From a virus (Duplodnaviria > Caudoviricetes), in the IMG/VR virus record IMGVR_UViG_3300030330_000091, positions 1 to 35,373 of that record: a stretch of 35,373 nucleotides of DNA. One strand, 5' to 3'. The notes beneath the pieces are model-generated. The model did no database searches. It had not been told where the DNA came from and worked only from the letters and a program-made list of their open reading frames with translations. Below are positions 8,377 through 17,435 of the stretch, piece after piece (positions within the stretch are counted from its first letter, which is position 1; every line of letters starts with the position of its first letter). The position numbers and the translations under genes were made by a program.

Positions 8377-10917
8377 ATGAGCATAGTAAAAGCAAATGGT
8401 GCAGGAGAAAGTGGTGGCTTTTACAATGGGGTTGCCACTCAAGGGCTACGATTAAATGATGGTGCTAGTCAATATTTAAGCAGAACACCATCAAGTGCAG
8501 GCAACAGAAGAACTTTTACTTTTAGTGCGTGGATTAAAAGAGCACAACTTGATGCCAATAATGTTGGTGGTGGTAGTGATACTCCAATAATTTCAGCAGG
8601 AACAGCTAGTGTTTTTGATGTTTTAAGATTTGTTTCTCAAAATTTTACAACGCCAAAAGATATATTACACGTTTATACTTATGACGGAAGTGCAGATTAT
8701 TCAGAAGAAGTAAATAGGTCATTTCGAGATACAGCTAATTGGTATAATATTGTATGGGCAGTAGATACCACACAATCAACTGCTGGAAATAGAATTAAAT
8801 ATTACGTTAATGGCACATTGCAAACAGCAGTATCTCAATATTATGCACAAGTACCTCAAAATTATGACTTCTCATTTAATTCAACTAATGCACACTGGAT
8901 TGGTAGGAATTTAAATTCAACAAGCAGATATTTTGATGGATACTTGGCAGAGGTTAATTTTGTTGATGGTTTGCAACTAGCTGCCGACAATTTTGGTCAG
9001 ACAAAAAATAATATTTGGATTGCCAAAAATCCAGATGTTTCAGATTATGGTACAAATGGTTTTAGATTACAATTCAAAGAGGTGGGAGGCTCTGCAAACT
9101 CAAGTGGCATAGGTGCTGATACAAGTGGTAAGGGTAATCATTTCACTCCAAATAATATTAATGGTATTGATAGTAACTTTAAAGATTGTCCTGAAAACGT
9201 CTATTGTGTGATGAACGAACTTGATAAAGGTGGTAATGTTACATTAGAAAAAGGCAACCTTTCTGTGCAATCTACTGCCGATGATATAACAACAAGCACA
9301 TTTCATTTTGATGTCGCAACAAGCAAAGTGTATGCTGAGTTTTATATAAACTCTAGTCCTGGATTATCGACTGCTATAGGTATAACTGAAAGTAGTGTTG
9401 CGTCATCTATATCAGATGCGTCTGGAAGTAATGCAGCTAGTTACTGGTATAATGCAAATGGTCAAACAAGACACACGAGTTATGCAAACTATGGTAATAC
9501 ATTTGCTGCGTCTGACATAATAAGTATTAGAGTTGATGAAGGATCACTATTTTTTTACAAAAATGGCACTATACAAAATAGTGGCACTGCAGCTTTTACT
9601 AGTTTAACTGGTACTTATTCTATATCTGTGGGTGAGTTTTCAGGTACAAATATACAAATATTTGCTAATTTTGGACAAGATAGCACTTTTGTCAATACAG
9701 TATCTCAAGGTAATAATACAGATGCAAATGGTGAGGGAGATTTCAAATACTCTGTACCTAGTGGACATACGGCTTTATGCACAAAAAATTTAGCTAATCC
9801 TACTATAGGTCCAGATTCTGATACTAATTCAGATGATCATCATGACACAGTTCTTTATACTGGTAATGGCTCTACACAATCAATAACGGGTCTTAAGTTT
9901 AAACCAGATTGGACATGGAGTAAAGATTTAAGTGCTGTAGTGAATCATGTTCTAACTGATTCAACAAGGGGAGTGTATAAAGACTTGTTTTCAAGTAGTA
10001 ATTCTGTACAATCAAATGATACTGCTGGAGTAACTGCTTTTAATGCACCTTCTTCAGTTGGAGCAACTGATGGTGGTTTTAATTTAAGTTCTAGCACAAA
10101 TCATAACGTATCAACTAATAGTTATGCTTCTTGGAACTGGAAAGCTAATGGTGGTACGACTTCAACTGATAGTAATGGCTCTATCTCATCAACAGTACAG
10201 GCAAACACAACTGCTGGATTTAGCATTATTAATTGGAATGGCAATGAAACAAATGGTGCGACTATTGGACATGGATTAGGAGCAGCAGTTGAGGTAATTT
10301 GGACAAAATGTTTTAGTCACGCAACAAGTTGGGTTTGTGGCATAGGTGGGGTTACTGGATTTAGTACTAATGATTATTTAAGTTTAAATTCATCAAATGC
10401 CAAAGCCTCTTTAACTAATTTCTATCAAGCATATGGATCAAGCACTTTTACAGTGGGTGTTTCTAGTGCAGATGAAATGAATAGAAACACTGGTGGTGTG
10501 GCTAGAAATTATATTACATACTGTTTTCGTTCTATTGATGGTTATTCAAAAATGGGTTTCTATGATGGCGATGGTTCAGTAGGACCCTTTGTGTTTACAG
10601 GATTTAGACCAGCACTAATTATAATTAAAAATACTGGCGATGCTAATAATTGGCAGATCTATGATGACATGAGAATAGGAGTAGGGGTAACTTCACACAC
10701 AATTAATCCAGTTCTATCTGCAATAGCACCAAACCTAGCAAATGCAGAGTTTGATAGCCAATCATATCCTATATTAGATTTATTATCTAATGGATTTAGA
10801 CTCAGACTAGCAGGTACAGGTTCAACATTAGCACAAAATGTTAATAAAGCTACTGGTACAAGATATTTCTACATGGCTTTTGCACACTCACCATTCAAGT
10901 TTGCTAACGCATTTTAA
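8377..10917 (+). CDS. receptor-binding tail protein with LamG/concanavalin-like and SPRY-like domains
   Basis: 846 aa; TFSAWIKR, WYNIVWAVDTT, YFDGYLAEVNFVDG, NFGQD, YTGNG...FKPDW and C-terminal YMAFA.PFK motifs. Confidence 0.8.
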   Translation: MSIVKANGAGESGGFYNGVATQGLRLNDGASQYLSRTPSSAGNRRTFTFSAWIKRAQLDANNVGGGSDTPIISAGTASVFDVLRFVSQNFTTPKDILHVYTYDGSADYSEEVNRSFRDTANWYNIVWAVDTTQSTAGNRIKYYVNGTLQTAVSQYYAQVPQNYDFSFNSTNAHWIGRNLNSTSRYFDGYLAEVNFVDGLQLAADNFGQTKNNIWIAKNPDVSDYGTNGFRLQFKEVGGSANSSGIGADTSGKGNHFTPNNINGIDSNFKDCPENVYCVMNELDKGGNVTLEKGNLSVQSTADDITTSTFHFDVATSKVYAEFYINSSPGLSTAIGITESSVASSISDASGSNAASYWYNANGQTRHTSYANYGNTFAASDIISIRVDEGSLFFYKNGTIQNSGTAAFTSLTGTYSISVGEFSGTNIQIFANFGQDSTFVNTVSQGNNTDANGEGDFKYSVPSGHTALCTKNLANPTIGPDSDTNSDDHHDTVLYTGNGSTQSITGLKFKPDWTWSKDLSAVVNHVLTDSTRGVYKDLFSSSNSVQSNDTAGVTAFNAPSSVGATDGGFNLSSSTNHNVSTNSYASWNWKANGGTTSTDSNGSISSTVQANTTAGFSIINWNGNETNGATIGHGLGAAVEVIWTKCFSHATSWVCGIGGVTGFSTNDYLSLNSSNAKASLTNFYQAYGSSTFTVGVSSADEMNRNTGGVARNYITYCFRSIDGYSKMGFYDGDGSVGPFVFTGFRPALIIIKNTGDANNWQIYDDMRIGVGVTSHTINPVLSAIAPNLANAEFDSQSYPILDLLSNGFRLRLAGTGSTLAQNVNKATGTRYFYMAFAHSPFKFANAF

Positions 10918-10928
10918 AGGAGTAAAAT

Positions 10929-11480
10929 ATGGCTTGGACACATAATGGAAGAACAATAACAATAGGAACTGCATGGGTAAGCGATGACAATAAAAAATAT
11001 CCTCGTCAATGGAACAATCTTACGGATGCAGAAAAAAAATCTGCTGGATTAGTTTGGAAAGATGATGCAGTTGTGGAAACTTACGACAATAGATTTTATT
11101 GGTCAAAAGGTGTAGAGCGTAATTTAGAAGATATTAATGTAGTCGATGAAAGTGGAAAAGAAGTTATCGATCCCACTACTGGAAAACAAATGGTGCAACT
11201 TGGTCTAAAATCAATTTGGATAGACACCACAAAGAAAACAACAAATAATTTATTAAGCAACACAGATTGGCAAATAACTAGAAAATATGAAAAAGGAACT
11301 GCTATACCTAGTGCCACGACAACATATAGAGACAAGGTAAGGACAGCTTGTGATACAATTGAAACCAAAATAAATAATTGTAGTAACTTAACACAATTAA
11401 TGGCTTTATTTGATCCACCAACAGACAGTGATGGTAATATTACAGGTGTAGCACCCATATTTGATTTACCTAATGAGTAA
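10929..11480 (+). CDS. tail fibre assembly chaperone
   Basis: 183 aa; LLSNTDWQITR...YRDKVR motif; follows fibre gene; AAGGAG RBS. Confidence 0.65.
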   Translation: MAWTHNGRTITIGTAWVSDDNKKYPRQWNNLTDAEKKSAGLVWKDDAVVETYDNRFYWSKGVERNLEDINVVDESGKEVIDPTTGKQMVQLGLKSIWIDTTKKTTNNLLSNTDWQITRKYEKGTAIPSATTTYRDKVRTACDTIETKINNCSNLTQLMALFDPPTDSDGNITGVAPIFDLPNE

Positions 11481-11485
11481 CAAAA

Positions 11486-12064
11486 ATGCCCATTACGTCT
11501 TTAAAATTTAGACCAGGAATAAATAAAGAAACAACATCATATTCAAATAAAGGTGGATGGAACGATTGTGATCTTGTTCGTTTTCGTTTTGGATACCCTG
11601 AAAAATTAGGTGGATGGGAGAAGTATTCAACAAACACTTTTCTTGGAACATCAAGATCCCTACATACATGGGCAAATTTACAAGGCAATAGTTACTTAGG
11701 CATTGGAACAGAAATAAAATTTTATCTTGAAGAATCACAGGGTTACAATGATATAACACCACTTAGGCGTAAAGTTGTAAATGGTGTAACTGTATTTGAT
11801 TTAGATGGATTAGCAGTAACATCTGTGGTATCTGGAAATGCAGGAACTGGTCAAATAGGAACTGTTATTGTTCTTGGCTCACAAGACGTACCTGTTTTAG
11901 CAAGAAATCCAGAATCTGGAGAACTATCAATTGCAACAGGAGAAGTTGGAACTGTTACAATAGATATCCCACCAACCACTGCTAATTTAGCAATAACCAC
12001 GGCAGTTGGAAATGTCACTGTATCTATAACTAATGAATCAACTGTGACTGTAGGTGGTTCTTAA
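11486..12064 (+). CDS. tail nozzle / stabilisation protein, N-terminal part
   Basis: FRPGINKE...VRFRFGYPEKLGGW...YNDITPLR is the typical N-terminus of tail tubular B/P22 gp10-like proteins; followed by about 100 aa of V/T/G-rich tail. Confidence 0.65.
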   Translation: MPITSLKFRPGINKETTSYSNKGGWNDCDLVRFRFGYPEKLGGWEKYSTNTFLGTSRSLHTWANLQGNSYLGIGTEIKFYLEESQGYNDITPLRRKVVNGVTVFDLDGLAVTSVVSGNAGTGQIGTVIVLGSQDVPVLARNPESGELSIATGEVGTVTIDIPPTTANLAITTAVGNVTVSITNESTVTVGGS

Positions 12065-12065
12065 T

Positions 12066-13607
12066 ATGGCATTAACTTTTACATCTGCAACGGACAGCAC
12101 AAGCGTTACTGTAAATGACACTGGTCATGGAGCCATAGCTGGAAGTTTTGTTACATTTAGTAATGCTGACACAGGAAATTTAGGTTTAAATTCTAAACTT
12201 AACAATGAATTTTCTATAACATCAATAACAGATGCTAATAGTTATGTTATCACTTTAAGTGCCAACGCAGACACTGCTTTATCTAGTGCTGGTTCAGCAG
12301 ATGCAGAATATCAACTTAATGTGGGAATAAACACTGTTGTGCCAGGTGACGGATGGGGTGCAGGTACTTGGGGCGCAGATGGATGGGGTTCTGCTTCTAG
12401 TGAAACTGCTGGTGGTGGTACTTTGCGTTTATGGTCACAAGATAATTTTGGTGAAGATTTAATAATTAATCAAAGAGATGGTTTTGTTTTTTACTGGGAC
12501 AAAACTCTTGGAACTAGTACGAGAGCAAAAAATTTTATAGAGTTATCGGATGCTGCACCTACAAAGTCTCGTAAAGTCATTGTATCTGAAAGAGATCGTC
12601 ATGTAATTTGTTTTGGTGCAAATCCTATCAACACAACAACGCAAGACAGATTACTAGTAAGGTTTAGCTCACAAGAAAACCCTTTTCTATGGACACCCTC
12701 TGCGACAAACACAGCAGGCAGTTTAAGAATTGGATCAGGATCTGAAATCGTGACTGCTGTAAAAACAAGACGAGAGATGATTGTTTTAACAGATTCATCT
12801 GTTCATAGTATGCAATTTATAGGACCTCCATTTACTTTTGGAATAAATCAATTAGCAAGTGCTATTACAGTAAGAGGATTTAATTCAGCAGTAGCCGTAG
12901 GCGATAGTGTGTTTTGGATGGGATATGACAGATTTTATGTTTATGATGGTCGTGTTCAAGTCATACCTTGTTCTGTAAGAGATCATGTGTTTCAAGACTT
13001 TAACGAAACACAATCAGATAAAGTCTATGCTGGAATAAATTCAGCTTTTGGTGAAGTGTTTTGGTTTTATCCATCTGAAACAAATTCTGGTGCTAATGGT
13101 GGCACGGATGAAAATGATAGGTATGTAGTTTATAATTACGATCAAAAGATATGGTATGTAGGAAATCTTGCAAGAACATCATGGGTAGATAGAGGTGTTT
13201 ATCAATATCCAATGGCAACAGATTCTAATCTTGTGTACAACCATGAAAAAGGTAACGATAACGATGGCACTGCATTTACATCATTTATTGAGTCAAGTCC
13301 GATTGACATACAAGATGGAGATCAATTTGTGTTTTTAAGAAGAATGATACCAGATGTAAGTTTTGATAATAGTGATACTGGTATTAGCAATGACAATAAA
13401 CAAGCAATATTTTCATTAAAAGCACAAAGAAGTCCCGCAGGTGGATTTATTAAAACATCTACAAATACTGTAACTTCTTCTACAGAATTAAATCATTTAA
13501 GATTGCGTGGAAGATCATTTGGATTAAGAGTAGAGAGTACAACACAAGGTGTTAATTGGAGATTAGGAACAAACAGAGTTGACATAAGACAGGATGGTGA
13601 CAGATGA
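12066..13607 (+). CDS. tail nozzle / stabilisation protein, C-terminal part (beta-propeller)
   Basis: ATG 12066 with AGGTGG RBS; LRLWSQDNFGEDL, RFSSQE, FWMG, EVFWFYPS and WRLG...DGDR motifs. Confidence 0.75.
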   Translation: MALTFTSATDSTSVTVNDTGHGAIAGSFVTFSNADTGNLGLNSKLNNEFSITSITDANSYVITLSANADTALSSAGSADAEYQLNVGINTVVPGDGWGAGTWGADGWGSASSETAGGGTLRLWSQDNFGEDLIINQRDGFVFYWDKTLGTSTRAKNFIELSDAAPTKSRKVIVSERDRHVICFGANPINTTTQDRLLVRFSSQENPFLWTPSATNTAGSLRIGSGSEIVTAVKTRREMIVLTDSSVHSMQFIGPPFTFGINQLASAITVRGFNSAVAVGDSVFWMGYDRFYVYDGRVQVIPCSVRDHVFQDFNETQSDKVYAGINSAFGEVFWFYPSETNSGANGGTDENDRYVVYNYDQKIWYVGNLARTSWVDRGVYQYPMATDSNLVYNHEKGNDNDGTAFTSFIESSPIDIQDGDQFVFLRRMIPDVSFDNSDTGISNDNKQAIFSLKAQRSPAGGFIKTSTNTVTSSTELNHLRLRGRSFGLRVESTTQGVNWRLGTNRVDIRQDGDR

Positions 13608-13831
13608 GTAGACAATTAGTACCACCAAATTTTTCTTTGCCACCTGATGAGTATGACGTTCAGTATTTTAACGAAATGGTTAGGAGTTTAAGTCAGCTTG
13701 TAACACAATTACAAAATCCAGGTGAATTAAGAGGCACAAAAATAACTTTGACCGACTTACCCACGAATGATACAGATTTAGAGGTAGGTGCTTTATTTAA
13801 CGATAATGGAACTGTGAAAGTTAAGACGTAG
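13604..13831 (+). CDS. conserved small virion-module protein
   Basis: 75 aa, ATGA overlap with nozzle gene. Confidence 0.6.
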   Translation: MSRQLVPPNFSLPPDEYDVQYFNEMVRSLSQLVTQLQNPGELRGTKITLTDLPTNDTDLEVGALFNDNGTVKVKT

Positions 13832-13857
13832 ACGTATAATAAAAAGTAAGGTAACAT
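13829..13857 (+). promoter_or_regulatory. putative sigma70-type promoter, predicted leaderless start
   Basis: TAGACG (13829-34)-N17-TAACAT (13852-57); ATG 13864 lies 7 nt after the -10. Confidence 0.35.
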
Positions 13858-13863
13858 AGCACT

Positions 13864-14664
13864 ATGAGTTTAGGAAAATTATTAAAAGATATTGCACCTG
13901 TTTTAATTGGAGCAACTTTAGGACCTGGCATAGGAGCACAATTTGGTGCTAGTCCTTTTATTAGCAGAGCTGTTACTGGAGCTTTAACATCAAAATTAGC
14001 TGGTGGCAGAAGTAAAGATGCACTAAGGAATGCCTTAATCGCAGGAGTTGGTGGTGCTGCTTTTGATCGTTTTACAGGTGCAGAACAAGCTGTGCCTCAA
14101 GGTGGACAGGGAACAATTGTTCGTAGTGGATCAGCTCAACCTCCTGCTGGTAACCCCGAAATTGCAAAAAGGATGGGTGTAAGTTCTGTGCCTACCGAGC
14201 AAGCATCACAAAAAATAGCAGAAGCGTTTAAACCTAAAACATTTAGTGCAGAGTTACTTAAATCTGCTGGAGTTGGTGGAGATAATTTGGTTGCAAGATT
14301 GTTAAACACACCACTTGGTGAAGGTTTGACAGCAGGTTTAATAGCACAACTACTGTCTGGTGATGATGAAGACAAGGACACAAGAACAGAGTTTGAAAGA
14401 AGACCTTTTGGCACTGGAGGACCTGGTGGCAGACTTGGTGGCATTACGTTTGCTAAAGAGGGTGGTGAGATGGGTTTTCCAAGACGAACAGGTGGCATAG
14501 ATCCATCTGAGGGTTCAGGCACAAAAGATGATGTTCCTGCAATGCTTATGGCTGGAGAGTTTGTCTTAACAAAAGATGCTGTAAAAGGATTAGGTGATGG
14601 CAATTCACGAAAGGGAATACAAAGAGCCTATAACATGATGGATCAATTGGAGGCTAGAGCGTAA
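13864..14664 (+). CDS. internal virion protein
   Basis: 266 aa Gly/Ala-rich; C-terminal GSGTKDDVPAMLMAGEFVLTKDAV domain. Confidence 0.6.
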   Translation: MSLGKLLKDIAPVLIGATLGPGIGAQFGASPFISRAVTGALTSKLAGGRSKDALRNALIAGVGGAAFDRFTGAEQAVPQGGQGTIVRSGSAQPPAGNPEIAKRMGVSSVPTEQASQKIAEAFKPKTFSAELLKSAGVGGDNLVARLLNTPLGEGLTAGLIAQLLSGDDEDKDTRTEFERRPFGTGGPGGRLGGITFAKEGGEMGFPRRTGGIDPSEGSGTKDDVPAMLMAGEFVLTKDAVKGLGDGNSRKGIQRAYNMMDQLEARA

Positions 14665-15587
14665 TGTCAACACAAACAGTCGAAAATATACAGAGATTAC
14701 CTCCATTTTTAGAGGGCTTACAGAAAAGATTATTGCAAACTGGTTTTGGTACGTTTGATGGAGAAACACAAACTACACCTGGTTTATTAGATTTTCGTTT
14801 AAATTTGCCAGGTTTTCAAATCGCAGGTATGGACCCACTTAGATCTCGTGCAATTTCACTAGGTGAGAATTTAGTTGGTTCTTTTAGACCTTTCGTTGAA
14901 GGTGCTGCTGGTCAAGCTCTTGCTGGGCAACAAGCTTTAACATCAGGATTACAATTTTTACAACCTGAAGCAATCGAAAGGTTTCAAAATCCATTTCAAC
15001 AACAAGTCATTGATGCCACTATGGATCAGCTTAATAGACAAGCTGATTTAAGAAGAGCTGCAGCTGATGCATCAGCAGTTAGATCTGGAGCTTTTGGTGG
15101 ATCTAGAGAGGGTATACAAAGAGCTGAAACTGAAAGAGGATTGCAACAAGTAAAAGGTGACACCTTATCAAGACTGCTGTCATCAGGTTTTCAATCAGCT
15201 TTACAAGCTGCACAGAATGCAGGAAGACTATCTGGTGGTCTAGGACAGGCTTTTGGCACATTAGCAGGGACAACGGGTGATTTAGGCAGACTACAACAAG
15301 CATTGGGTCAAGCAGATATATCTCAACTATCACAACTTGGTGCGTTAAGACAAGGACAACAACAAGCACAACTAGATGCACAACGTCAAAATTTGATGCA
15401 ACAAGCTCAAGAACCATTCACTAGATTGCAGTTAGGACAAAACTTACTACAAGGTATGCCAAGTGCTTCGATACCTTCTACGTTCCAACAAGCAACAACA
15501 CCTGGTGCAAATCCATTCTTGCAAGGTATTGGTGCTTATACTACATTGTCACAAATTGCACCTTTTGGTGGTACAAAATCTACATAG
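14664..15587 (+). CDS. DNA ejection / pilot protein
   Basis: 307 aa Gln/Gly/Ala-rich; NPFQQQVID and GAFGGSR motifs. Confidence 0.65.
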   Translation: MSTQTVENIQRLPPFLEGLQKRLLQTGFGTFDGETQTTPGLLDFRLNLPGFQIAGMDPLRSRAISLGENLVGSFRPFVEGAAGQALAGQQALTSGLQFLQPEAIERFQNPFQQQVIDATMDQLNRQADLRRAAADASAVRSGAFGGSREGIQRAETERGLQQVKGDTLSRLLSSGFQSALQAAQNAGRLSGGLGQAFGTLAGTTGDLGRLQQALGQADISQLSQLGALRQGQQQAQLDAQRQNLMQQAQEPFTRLQLGQNLLQGMPSASIPSTFQQATTPGANPFLQGIGAYTTLSQIAPFGGTKST

Positions 15588-15596
15588 GGTAGTTAT

Positions 15597-17435
15597 ATGG
15601 CAAAGACACCAACATTAACTTCTGGATTAACTGTAAGCTCACCTGGCGTTTCATCTACTCCTACAAGTCAAATGGGTTTGTTAGGTTCTTTGCTTGAGAA
15701 AATAGGAGTTAAACCTTTAGCTCAACAATTAGCAGAAGAACAAGCTCAAAAAGATAGAGCTATATTGAGTAAAGATTTAGATACACAAAAAGGACAGACT
15801 CAATTATCACAACTTGGATTAGGACCTGTTTCTTTTTCTGATGATGTACAAAATTTTATTAATCAAGATGCAATTAACAAACAAAGAATTGCAGAAAAAG
15901 AAAAAGAATTAGCATCTAAAAGTTTAAGCAATGTTGAAGGAGCATCTACTGTTGACTCTGCACAATTAGGTGATAAATCTGCTGGTATTGATCAAGATGT
16001 ATCTGGTTTAGGAGCTGATAAAAAAGCACAATTAGATGATCAGTTTGAAATAGCAGCAGGCTCTGATGCAGACATAGACTATAGTGATGTCGGTGAGCCT
16101 GGCTCAGAAGCTCCAGAGGAGAAAGCAACTCCCGAAACAACTTTAGCTAAAGAACAAAAAGCATTACAAGATTTATTTACTGAAACTATGTCAGAAACAG
16201 AAGAGTTATATAGTGATGAAATAACAAAAGCTCAACCTAAAAGTATTGAAGAATATAAAGCAGATTTTCAAAAGGCAACTGGTATAGATATATCGGGAGA
16301 ACCTGATAACAAATCAGCTCTTATGGCTCTTGGTTTAAAGCTAATGCAAAACAGAGCTGGTAAGGGCTTTGATTTATCAAAGATACTTACAGAAGTTGGT
16401 AGAGCAGGAGAAGAAACATTACCTGCTTTTGAAAGAGCAAAAGACAAAGCAAGAGCTGGTCAATTAGCCGCTGGTAAGTTTGCACTAGGACAGAAGATGG
16501 CTGATACAAAAGCATTAGCTGCTCTAAACAAAGAAAAGAGATTAGCTTTACTAGGTCTTGGCAAAGAGTTTAGAGGTAAAGCTGAAGCTAGAAGACTAGC
16601 AGCCGCCAAACACCTAAATGCTGTTGAATTAAAAGAATTAGAGTTTACTCAAAAAAGATTAGAAGCATTCCGTAAGGGACAAGCAAAACTATCTGAGATA
16701 ACAAAGAATCAAGGATTTGCACCTATTGATGGACAAACTCAATTAAAGGTATTTAAAGCTTTAAGAAAAGATGCAAGCGTGGGCAATCCTCTTGTTTATA
16801 CACAAGCACCTGATGATATTAGAAGATTTAAAGATTCTTATGGTAATATAACAAGAGCAAGAAATACGTTAAGTAGTATTGGAGGTTTGGTACAAGATTT
16901 AGGTTCTGAGACTGGATCTCCATTAGCAGATCAAGTCTTTGACAAAGTAAGAAATGTTGGTGTTGCTATTGGTCTTGATCCAAAACAATTGTTCGGTAAA
17001 TTGGTTACAGTTGGTAAAGATGGAAAAGCAGAACTTGTTGAAGGTGTATCAAGAGCTGATATGATACAAGTTTTAAATAGAACTTTAATAAATGAATATA
17101 AGAAGTTTTTAACACAAGAAACTGGTAATGGTATATCAAATCAAGACGTACAGAGACTTGAAGAAGCTTTAGGTAAAATAGATTTATTTACAAACCCACA
17201 ATTAGCATTACAAAGAATAAATGAAATCGATCAGATATTTGCTAAGACACAAGATCAAATTACAAATACACTCACTGGTTTTAAAGATAGGAATAGTTAT
17301 CTAACTGACGATCAGTTTGATAGGGCGCAGAAAGAACTTAGAGCAGGGACTGTGGAACAGTTTGGTAAGTCAGGACCTAAGTTTAACGTATCAACTGCTG
17401 ATGATGGAACAATAACTTATACTTTGGTTAAATAA
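15597..17435 (+). CDS. internal virion (ejection) protein
   Basis: 612 aa helical/coiled coil; position between pilot protein and large internal protein. Confidence 0.55.
   Translation: MAKTPTLTSGLTVSSPGVSSTPTSQMGLLGSLLEKIGVKPLAQQLAEEQAQKDRAILSKDLDTQKGQTQLSQLGLGPVSFSDDVQNFINQDAINKQRIAEKEKELASKSLSNVEGASTVDSAQLGDKSAGIDQDVSGLGADKKAQLDDQFEIAAGSDADIDYSDVGEPGSEAPEEKATPETTLAKEQKALQDLFTETMSETEELYSDEITKAQPKSIEEYKADFQKATGIDISGEPDNKSALMALGLKLMQNRAGKGFDLSKILTEVGRAGEETLPAFERAKDKARAGQLAAGKFALGQKMADTKALAALNKEKRLALLGLGKEFRGKAEARRLAAAKHLNAVELKELEFTQKRLEAFRKGQAKLSEITKNQGFAPIDGQTQLKVFKALRKDASVGNPLVYTQAPDDIRRFKDSYGNITRARNTLSSIGGLVQDLGSETGSPLADQVFDKVRNVGVAIGLDPKQLFGKLVTVGKDGKAELVEGVSRADMIQVLNRTLINEYKKFLTQETGNGISNQDVQRLEEALGKIDLFTNPQLALQRINEIDQIFAKTQDQITNTLTGFKDRNSYLTDDQFDRAQKELRAGTVEQFGKSGPKFNVSTADDGTITYTLVK

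Noticed and set aside
8377-10917. Diversity-generating retroelement target
   Set aside because: No reverse transcriptase and no template-repeat copy of the 3' end seen in the window
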